Positions 56,455 through 64,000 of a DNA stretch of 64,000 bases are shown in pieces. The stretch is from NCBI GenBank assembly GCA_963847185.1, contig CAWJYV010000007.1, positions 320,001 through 384,000 of the forward strand, read 5' to 3'. The stretch comes from an uncultured Methanosarcinaceae archaeon (GTDB lineage: Archaea; Halobacteriota; Methanosarcinia; Methanosarcinales; Methanosarcinaceae). The notes beneath the pieces are model-generated. The model did no database searches and was not told the origin of the DNA. It saw nothing but the letters and a program-made list of their open reading frames with translations. Position 1 is the stretch's first letter. The number at the start of each line of letters is the position of its first letter. Both the position numbers and the translations under genes were made by a program.

Positions 56455-56577
56455 ATACAACACGAAAATTACCTCAACAATCTCCTACCGATATGCATTT
56501 ATACTACATATTTGATTACAATAGTTGACGATGGCAAAGAAAGAGGATTGCCATTGAAAAAGCATAATCTGCTCTGC

Positions 56578-56655
56578 GGGGCCGTAGGGTAGCTTGGTCC
56601 ATCCTGCAAGGCTGGGGGTCTTGCGACTTGAGTTCGAATCTCAACGGCCCCACCA
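56578..56655 (+). tRNA. tRNA-Pro(GGG), copy 1
   Basis: GGGGCCG/CGGCCCC acceptor stem, CAAGG-CTGGGGG-TCTTG anticodon arm, TTCGAAT T-loop, encoded CCA. Confidence 0.96.
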
Positions 56656-56782
56656 AAATTCTATTGAGTTATTTTAGACATTTTTTATTACATTTTACAA
56701 TTGCTTTTTAATGTGTAATTCCACTTTTAGATCCTACTTCCACTGATCGTTTTACGGCTATCTTTTCCATTTTGAAGTTAAC

Positions 56783-57020
56783 TTAATCATTTGAGCTTAA
56801 TACGCTATTGAAGCTGATCTTGAATTCAGTCTCCTTCTCTCTTTTAAGCTCCAAATAGCCTTCTATCTGGTGTACAAGAATATTTATGAGCTGAAGCCCG
56901 AGAGATTCCGTGTTTTCAATATCTATTTCTTTCGGAATTTCTGAGCCATTGTCAGCTATTACCAGGGTATACTTTAAATTTTTTTCACTTTCGTCTCTGC
57001 CTTTTTTTATTTGAAAACAA
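56783..57020 (-). pseudogene. C-terminal remnant of a second sensor histidine kinase (HATPase_c)
   Basis: Start-less frame: KYTLVIADNGSEIPKEIDIENTESLGLQLINILVHQIEGYLELKREKETEFKISF...*. Confidence 0.8.
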
Positions 57021-57137
57021 TGCGAATATTACCTAAACAATCTCTTACCGATATGCATTTATACTACATATTTGATTACAATAGTTGACGATGGCAAAGA
57101 AAGAGGATTGCCATTGAAAAAGCATAATCTGCTCTGC

Positions 57138-57215
57138 GGGGCCGTAGGGTAGCTTGGTCCATCCTGCAAGGCTGGGGGTCTTGCGACTTGAGTTCGAATC
57201 TCAACGGCCCCACCA
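57138..57215 (+). tRNA. tRNA-Pro(GGG), copy 2
   Basis: Identical to copy 1, 560 bp downstream. Confidence 0.96.
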
Positions 57216-57653
57216 AAACTTTCTTTAGACCTGTTTCTACATATTTTGCACGTATTTCCATTTTTATTGTATTTTTGCTCTTTAGTTTGGCATTGTGCTT
57301 GTTTTTCAGACCGTTTTAATTGTTTTTAAATACTCTTGAGCAGCTCTAGGTTGTTGGATCGTTTTTTTGACCCAATGCTCTCTCAATGACTGCGAAGCAG
57401 GCGGCCTTTCGAAGTGAAATAGAAGGTCTGAAAAGTTAAATCAAGGCTTTTATGAAAATCCGCACAAAAATTCATTTGTTTACTCAGCCATTAAAAAAAC
57501 TGCAGGAATAAACATCTTTGGTCAATAAATAATATATGATCGTAAAATAAAATTATGAAACACATAGAATATTAGAGATTTATGTTTATAATATTTCGGA
57601 TAATTATAAAGCTCTTTTTAAAAAAATGTTAGAGCTTTTGATAGAAGAAACAT

Positions 57654-57860
57654 CTACATTTTTTTCCCTTCTTTCCCTTTCTCACGCTTATACTTCTCCC
57701 GGATTTTTTCAAGCATCTCCTCATTAGCTTCGACGACGAAAGCCCCTATATACCCACATTCTTTGCAATGGTAAACTGCGCCTGTATACCCGCCAACCTC
57801 ATAATATATATCTGCGTTCCCACAGACAGGACAGACCTCAATCAGCTTTTCCAGAGTCAG
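57654..57860 (-). CDS. Small CPxCG zinc-ribbon protein (probable CTG start)
   Basis: CPVCG...YHCKECGY; AGGAGG 8 nt before in-frame CTG at 57860. Confidence 0.75.
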   Translation of the reverse strand: MTLEKLIEVCPVCGNADIYYEVGGYTGAVYHCKECGYIGAFVVEANEEMLEKIREKYKREKGKEGKKM

Positions 57861-58139
57861 AGTAGTTTCCTCCTTGAGATGGCTTACAGTATCCAATTGT
57901 TAATTATATATAAGAAGGATGATTTTAATAAATATATGGTATCCAAGGAATTTGGAGCATAAAAAACAAAGCTGTTTTTTCAGATTAATAGTTTCCAACT
58001 ACTATATTTACCAATTACTCCCCACATTCAATACTCGATATAGTTCATACCCGATAAGCATGTCCGATAAACATATCTGATAATTGCACCAATTCCGTAC
58101 TTTACAACGAAATGATCCAGGATTTACAGTGAGTAAAAA

Positions 58140-60842
58140 ATGACTGAAATGATGACCCCTGCAATGCGCCAGTATTACGAAGCCAAGCAGGCATATCCCG
58201 ATACCCTGATTTTCTTCCGGATGGGGGACTTCTACGAGTCCTTTGGGGAAGACGCAAAAACCATTGCAAAAGAGCTTGAAATTACACTGACAGCTCGGGG
58301 AAAGGACAAATCAGGCGAGAGAATGCCGCTTGCAGGAATTCCTTACCATGCAATTGACACTTACCTTCCAAGGCTTATAAACAAAGGGTACAAGGTAGCT
58401 ATCTGCGAACAGCTCGAAGACCCAAAACAGGCAAAGGGGGTTGTAAAGCGAGGGGTTGTCAGAGTAGTCACTCCCGGTACGGCAATAGATTCTTCCATGT
58501 TTTCGGATGCCTCAAATAATTACCTGATGGCAGTTTCGGGGAGAGAAGCAGGAAAGTCCGGAAAAAGTGCAGAAAAAGAGATAGAAGTAGGTGTCTCTTT
58601 CCTGGACATTTCTACAGGAGAATTTCTTACAACCCAGTTCAGAGACTCGGAGAATTTTGAAAAGCTCCTGAGCGAACTTGCCCGTATGCGCCCTGCAGAA
58701 TGCATTCTGCCTCCGTCTCTGCATGGAAATTCCGAGCTTGTGGAAAGGCTGAAAGGGCAGACTATTGTTCAGGAGTTCGCTCCTGAAATTTCAGGACTCG
58801 AGGAAGCCGGAGAAAAATTGAAAAAGCATTTCAAAGTCGCAACTCTTGAAGGCATGGGCTGCGAAAACCTTGATTTTGCGGTATATTCTGCATGGGCTGC
58901 CCTTGAGTACGCACAGACCACCCAGATGCGGGACCTTATTCATATCAACACTCTGCAGACCTATTCGAACTCAGAGTTCATGATTCTCGATTCTGTAACC
59001 CTGCGCAATTTAGAAATCGTGAAAAATGTGAGAGATGAAGGAGACGAAAATTCCCTTTACAGGATTCTGAACTATACCAGAACACCTATGGGGAGCCGAA
59101 TTCTAAAAAAATGGCTCCTGAAGCCTTTACTTTCAGTAGAAAAAATCAATCTTCGGTTGGATACCGTAGAAGAATTGACATTAGACAATTTGCTTCGATA
59201 TGATATCCGGAAATGGCTCTCCGAGGTAAGAGATATTGAACGTCTCGTAGGAAGGGTAGTGTATGGGAATTCAAATGCAAGAGACCTCATAGCCTTGAAA
59301 AAATCTCTCGCAGCCGTATCTCCTATTAGAGACATGCTGCTGGAAAAAGCAGAGGCTAAGCTCCTGGCCGAGATTGCAGAAGGGCTTGAATCCTTTTCCG
59401 AACTCGAAGATATGGCTGAAATGATAGAAACAGCAATATCTGACGAACCTCCTGTCTCGGTCCGGGAAGGAGGAATGATAAAGCCAGGATACAGTGCCGA
59501 GCTTGATGAACTCAGGGATATTTCCAGCAATAGCAAGCAATGGATTGCAGCTTTTCAGCTGAAGGAACGGGACAGGAGTGGAATCAAGTCTCTTAAAGTG
59601 GGGTACAACAAAGTCTTTGGGTATTACATTGAAGTAACCAATGCCAACAGCAGCCAGGTGCCTGAAGATTACATCAGAAAGCAGACTATGGCCAATGCAG
59701 AACGCTTTTTTACACCAGAACTCAAAGAAAAAGAGAGCCTTATCCTGACAGCCAATGAAAAAGCAGTTGCTCTCGAGTATGAAATCTTCCTGCAAATTAC
59801 GCAGGCTCTTTCAGCCCGTTCAAGAGAACTCCAGGAAACCGCCGAGAGAATAGGAGCCCTTGACGTGCTTACAACTCTTGCTGAGGTTGCAGGAAATAAC
59901 AATTACATTCGGCCCCAGCTTACGGAAGACTGCAAGATCCTTATCCGGGACGGGAGGCATCCTGTGGTTGAAAATACTGTACCTGGTGGTTTTGTTCCCA
60001 ACGATACCGAGATAGATTGTAAGGAAAACCAGTTTTTACTGGTTACAGGTCCGAATATGGCAGGAAAATCTACTTACATGCGCCAGACTGCCCTTATAGC
60101 TATCATGGCCCAGACAGGTTCCTTTGTCCCTGTATCTCATGCATCCATAGGGATCATTGATCAGGTCTTTACAAGAATAGGGGCCTTCGATGATCTTGCA
60201 AGCGGACAGAGTACTTTCATGGTAGAAATGATTGAGCTTGCAAATATCCTGAATAATGCAAGTCCCAGAAGTCTTGTCCTCCTTGATGAAATTGGCAGGG
60301 GAACGAGCACCTATGATGGGTACAGCATTGCAAAAGCTGTGGTGGAGTTTCTGCATAACAAGGGGAAAATAGGAGTAAGGGCATTATTTGCAACCCATTA
60401 CCACCAGCTTACAGCTCTTGAAGAAAAGTTGAAAAGGGTCAAAAATTACCATATTGCAGTAAAAGAAGAAGGTCATGAGCTTGTTTTTCTCCGAAAAATC
60501 GTGCCTGGAGCAACTGACAGAAGTTACGGAATCCATGTTGCAAGGCTTGCAGGAGTTCCGGAGAAAGTTATCGAGAGGGCAAATGAGATCCTGAAAGAAC
60601 TCGAAAAAGAAAACGTGCTTGAAGAAGCCGAAGACAGCGAGAACGGGAAAAGGAAAAAAAGCAAAGCAACATCCCGTTATACGCAGATGATTCTTTTTGA
60701 TCCGGGAAGCAGTGGAAGCATGTCTGCACAGAAGAACAGTCTGAGTCCTGCAGAGGCTGCTCTACGAAAATTGAAAGTGGAGGAAATGACGCCAATAGAA
60801 GCCCTGAATAAGCTCTATGAACTTAAAAGGCTACTAGACTAA
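58140..60842 (+). CDS. mutS: DNA mismatch repair protein MutS
   Basis: TPAMRQY, FFRMGDFYE, GRHPVVE, TGPNMAGKST, GQSTFMVEM, DEIGRGT, SYGIHVA. Confidence 0.97.
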   Translation: MTEMMTPAMRQYYEAKQAYPDTLIFFRMGDFYESFGEDAKTIAKELEITLTARGKDKSGERMPLAGIPYHAIDTYLPRLINKGYKVAICEQLEDPKQAKGVVKRGVVRVVTPGTAIDSSMFSDASNNYLMAVSGREAGKSGKSAEKEIEVGVSFLDISTGEFLTTQFRDSENFEKLLSELARMRPAECILPPSLHGNSELVERLKGQTIVQEFAPEISGLEEAGEKLKKHFKVATLEGMGCENLDFAVYSAWAALEYAQTTQMRDLIHINTLQTYSNSEFMILDSVTLRNLEIVKNVRDEGDENSLYRILNYTRTPMGSRILKKWLLKPLLSVEKINLRLDTVEELTLDNLLRYDIRKWLSEVRDIERLVGRVVYGNSNARDLIALKKSLAAVSPIRDMLLEKAEAKLLAEIAEGLESFSELEDMAEMIETAISDEPPVSVREGGMIKPGYSAELDELRDISSNSKQWIAAFQLKERDRSGIKSLKVGYNKVFGYYIEVTNANSSQVPEDYIRKQTMANAERFFTPELKEKESLILTANEKAVALEYEIFLQITQALSARSRELQETAERIGALDVLTTLAEVAGNNNYIRPQLTEDCKILIRDGRHPVVENTVPGGFVPNDTEIDCKENQFLLVTGPNMAGKSTYMRQTALIAIMAQTGSFVPVSHASIGIIDQVFTRIGAFDDLASGQSTFMVEMIELANILNNASPRSLVLLDEIGRGTSTYDGYSIAKAVVEFLHNKGKIGVRALFATHYHQLTALEEKLKRVKNYHIAVKEEGHELVFLRKIVPGATDRSYGIHVARLAGVPEKVIERANEILKELEKENVLEEAEDSENGKRKKSKATSRYTQMILFDPGSSGSMSAQKNSLSPAEAALRKLKVEEMTPIEALNKLYELKRLLD

Positions 60843-60971
60843 TGAAATTGGTTACTCGATTAATGAAATCAAATGATATTTTGGAAAATCCACGGTACTT
60901 TAAAGAATTTTGAATATTTTCACGATTTATGATCATTAGAAGATGTTTTTCGGTCTTAATGGAGTAAAGGA

Positions 60972-63092
60972 ATGAAAGAAGAGTATAATGAAGTGCAGGG
61001 AAACAAGATCCGAATCCTTGATAAGGATACAATAAACAAAATCGCAGCAGGAGAAGTAATAGAACGTCCTGCGTCCGTGGTAAAGGAACTAATCGATAAC
61101 TCCATCGATGCAGGGGCTACTGACATACGGATTGAAGTCGAAAAAGGAGGGAAAAATTCCATCCTTATCCGGGACAATGGCTGCGGAATGAGCAGGGCAG
61201 ATGCTCTTCTTGCATATAAGAAGCATGCAACGAGCAAACTTACTCGAATAGAAGATCTTGATACTATTTCTACAATGGGTTTCAGGGGAGAAGCTCTTGC
61301 TTCAATTACAGCTGTAGCAAAGGTAGAAATCCTTACCAGGCCTCCGGAAGAGATTACAGGCACTAAAATCCTGGTCCATGGGGGAAAGGTAGTGGAAGCT
61401 TCGGATGCAGGCACAGCTCCAGGTACTTCAGTGCACGTAAAAGACCTTTTTTATAACACGCCTGCCAGACGTAAATATCTGAAAAGTGACCGTACGGAAC
61501 TCGCCCATATTACAGATATCATCACACAGCTTGCCCTCGCAAATCCGGAAATCTCCTTTACCCTGTTCAATGAGGGAAAACCAGTTATCAGAAACGCTGG
61601 CTCAAAAGATCTTTTCAACAGCATTGTAAATCTTTTAGGACCCGATACCGCACGTTCGATGCTTCCCTTAGAGCACAAAACAGAAGATTTTGAGATTAGG
61701 GGATACATTTCAAAGCCGGAAACTACAAGAGCAGAAAGTGACTACCTTTTCCTTTTCGTAAACACCCGGCCTGTAACCTCAAAAGCTATCAATACCGCCG
61801 TTCGCACAGGATATTATACAAAGATTCCAAAAGGACGTTATCCTGTAGCTGTGCTCTCCCTTATTCTTGATCCGCAGGAAGTAGATGTCAACGTGCACCC
61901 TCGTAAAGCTGAGGTCCGTTTCAGCCGGGAAAAAGAGCTTGGAGATGTTGTCACATTTGCTGTTGAAAAGGTTCTTTCCGAACATGGGCTTATGCCTGAG
62001 ATAAGAAATAAAGAAAGTGCGGTTTTTCAGAAAACCTTTGAAGCTTTAACTCCTTCGGGAAAGGCTCAGATCTCTGAGAAGGTTTCAGAGCAGGGTTCGG
62101 AAGCTCGAGAATTTCCTAAAAAAGCTGTTGAAATGGAAGCTGAAATTAAAACAGAGCTTCCAAAAGCATCAGGTTTTCCTGATCTCAGCAGCAAAATCAT
62201 TCGGGAGAAAGCTGAAAACTATACTTATCCCGTAAAAGATACTGAACGAAAGCTAAAGAAATCTGAGCGCTTTCTGGATTCTGCTGGAGAAGGAGAAAAA
62301 GGATCATTTGAGCCTTCAGAAGAAAAAGGGCAGGATATTAAAAAGACAGAAAACGGAAAGGAAATACAGCAAGAAAATGAAAAGAAAATAGAGGATGAAA
62401 TAGGGAAAGAAAGCAAGAAGTTAACAGGGAAGGAATTAGAAAAAGAAAACAGGCAGGAAAAAGAAGTAACAAATACAGTAGAAAAACAAAAGCCTAATCA
62501 AAAACCAAACACGGATTCCCTTGAAAACCTGCGAATCATAGGCCAGGTCTCTAAAATATATATCCTTGCCGAGAAAGGAGAGGATCTTATTATTATTGAC
62601 CAGCACGCGGCTCATGAGAGAATCCTTTACGAGCAGGTTCTGAAAATAAAAAAATCCAGAGTTCAGGAGCTTATAGCCCCTGTGACTATAGATCTTACTC
62701 CAAAGGAAAAGGTGCTCATGGAGGAATATATTCCTTGCCTGGAAGAGTATGGATTCGGGATCTCGGAGTTTGGGGACAATACATTTGTAGTCACCTTCGT
62801 GCCTGATATTTTCGGACGGCTTGAAAACCCGGAAGTTATCCATGATGTAATTTCTGATCTTCTGGCTTCCGGAAAGGTTAAAAAGGACACAGGGATTTCG
62901 GAAAAAATCTGCAAGACCCTGGCATGCAGAGCTGCAATCAAAGGCGGAGCAGCCTGCAACCTTCGGCAGATGGAAGAGCTGATAGAGCAGCTTAAGAAAG
63001 CTGATAATCCTTACTCCTGCCCGCATGGAAGGCCTACAGTGGTCACTCTCACAAAAGGTGAACTTGATCGTATGTTTGCAAGAATACAGTAA
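60972..63092 (+). CDS. mutL: DNA mismatch repair protein MutL
   Basis: IAAGEVIERP, DNGCGM, GFRGEAL, DVNVHP, DQHAAHER, CPHGRP. Confidence 0.97.
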   Translation: MKEEYNEVQGNKIRILDKDTINKIAAGEVIERPASVVKELIDNSIDAGATDIRIEVEKGGKNSILIRDNGCGMSRADALLAYKKHATSKLTRIEDLDTISTMGFRGEALASITAVAKVEILTRPPEEITGTKILVHGGKVVEASDAGTAPGTSVHVKDLFYNTPARRKYLKSDRTELAHITDIITQLALANPEISFTLFNEGKPVIRNAGSKDLFNSIVNLLGPDTARSMLPLEHKTEDFEIRGYISKPETTRAESDYLFLFVNTRPVTSKAINTAVRTGYYTKIPKGRYPVAVLSLILDPQEVDVNVHPRKAEVRFSREKELGDVVTFAVEKVLSEHGLMPEIRNKESAVFQKTFEALTPSGKAQISEKVSEQGSEAREFPKKAVEMEAEIKTELPKASGFPDLSSKIIREKAENYTYPVKDTERKLKKSERFLDSAGEGEKGSFEPSEEKGQDIKKTENGKEIQQENEKKIEDEIGKESKKLTGKELEKENRQEKEVTNTVEKQKPNQKPNTDSLENLRIIGQVSKIYILAEKGEDLIIIDQHAAHERILYEQVLKIKKSRVQELIAPVTIDLTPKEKVLMEEYIPCLEEYGFGISEFGDNTFVVTFVPDIFGRLENPEVIHDVISDLLASGKVKKDTGISEKICKTLACRAAIKGGAACNLRQMEELIEQLKKADNPYSCPHGRPTVVTLTKGELDRMFARIQ

Positions 63093-63234
63093 AACTATTG
63101 TAGCTGGAAAGTTTGATGTTTAGGCTTTTCTTGCAATCGAAACTGCATCTGAAGAAAGGGTTTTGAGTTTCCTATATATTTATATAATATAATTGAAATG
63201 TAATACTGAATGTCAGAATGTACTGACATCTGAA

Positions 63235-63374
63235 AAGGCATCATTCCACAAGACTATTTTTTACACACCAACCCCAAACCCCAACTTCAATATAGAACGT
63301 TACCCCACGTTCCAGAATCCAGAAAAACCCCCCAACTTCCAGAAAAACGAAATTCCACTCTGGAATGATGCCTT
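63235..63374. mobile_element. MITE-like element with 14-bp TIRs
   Basis: aaggcatcattcca / tggaatgatgcctt. Confidence 0.65.
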
Positions 63375-63509
63375 CTTTTCTCTCAAATTTATATTCCTCT
63401 CAAAATGATATTTCTGTTGACTTTAGGCAGTTTTATTCAGGATATGATTGGGCCTCTTCTTATTTTCACGTCAATACATTTATAATAAAAAACCTCCGAG
63501 TATTCTTCC

Positions 63510-64000
63510 ATGATAGATCCTGTTAACAGTTTCAAGATTCCTGAAGAATGGATTGTCCGCACCGGGCTTCCCAGGGAAGAACTTGAAAAAGAAGTAGCAT
63601 CCGGGATGATTGTGGTTCTGAGTGACGGATCTGTACTCAAAAGAGGGTACACTACAGGAACCACAGCCAGTGCCGCTGCAAAAGCCGCAGTCCTTTCTAT
63701 TAAGAATGTAATTGACAATGTCTCTGTTCCTACTCCTGTGGGGCTGAGAGCCTACCTCAAGGTCAGCGAGTCTTCTCCTGGGCGTGCAGTTGTGAAAAAG
63801 ATCTTAAACGATCACGAATCCGATATCACAAGGGGACTTGAATTTGTGGCCGAAGCCCGAGAAGTTGAGGGGATACATATTCTCGGAGGAAAAGGCATAG
63901 GAATTGTGAGAAGGGACGGGCTTCAGGTTCCTAAAGGCCAGCCAGCAATCAATCCAAAGCCAATGGAACAGATAAAAGCCGCAGTGCAGGAAGCTGTAGA
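63510..64000 (+). CDS. cbiD: Cobalt-precorrin-5B C1-methyltransferase (5' part)
   Basis: [14 protein letters not shown]...[18 protein letters not shown]...DITRG...GGKGIG...PAINPKP; runs off the window. Confidence 0.92.
   Translation, partial: MIDPVNSFKIPEEWIVRTGLPREELEKEVASGMIVVLSDGSVLKRGYTTGTTASAAAKAAVLSIKNVIDNVSVPTPVGLRAYLKVSESSPGRAVVKKILNDHESDITRGLEFVAEAREVEGIHILGGKGIGIVRRDGLQVPKGQPAINPKPMEQIKAAVQEAV

Noticed and set aside
56468-57218. Integrated provirus or island with attL/attR
   Set aside because: Only ~370 bp lie between the copies, there is no integrase, and the whole gene plus promoter is duplicated.
57076-57261. 61-aa ORF on the minus strand
   Set aside because: Antisense to tRNA-Pro.
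4215-63718. Numerous antisense or nested ORFs in the six-frame track
   Set aside because: They overlap well-supported genes and carry no motifs; treated as shadow ORFs.

Overview
Archaeal chromosomal window, most likely Methanosarcina (pyrrolysine-type methylamine methyltransferases, class I LysRS, Ahb heme pathway, PKD surface proteins). It is mostly core genome: rpl13/rpl18e, a ThDP 2-oxoacid decarboxylase, serA, an RPA pair, gltX, pyrDK, the ahbD-ahbA-ahbB-sirC-hemA-hemB/hemL-hemC cluster (interrupted by a 13-PKD surface-protein gene and two MITEs), aroC, rbkR-ribB, pcm, hisF, a U32 protein, lysK, the mtbC-mttB-mttC-mttP-orf-orf-mtbB operon with two in-frame amber (Pyl) codons, two identical tRNA-Pro(GGG) genes, mutS-mutL and the start of cbiD. 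No CRISPR array, integrase, transposase or reverse transcriptase was seen. The most unusual signals are non-coding or below the ORF cutoff: (i) a ~750-nt hairpin-rich leader ending in three tandem hairpin+RBS+ATG+signal-peptide cassettes before a frameshifted surface-protein gene; (ii) eight TCAYGA motifs packed into the leader of the methylamine operon, whose first gene appears to start at ATT; (iii) an uncalled 49-aa membrane protein in that operon; (iv) further probable non-canonical starts (ATA/ATT, CTG); (v) an aegerolysin-like small protein; (vi) a promoter+tRNA duplication that brackets a histidine-kinase remnant. All calls come from reading the sequence by eye; no searches were run.
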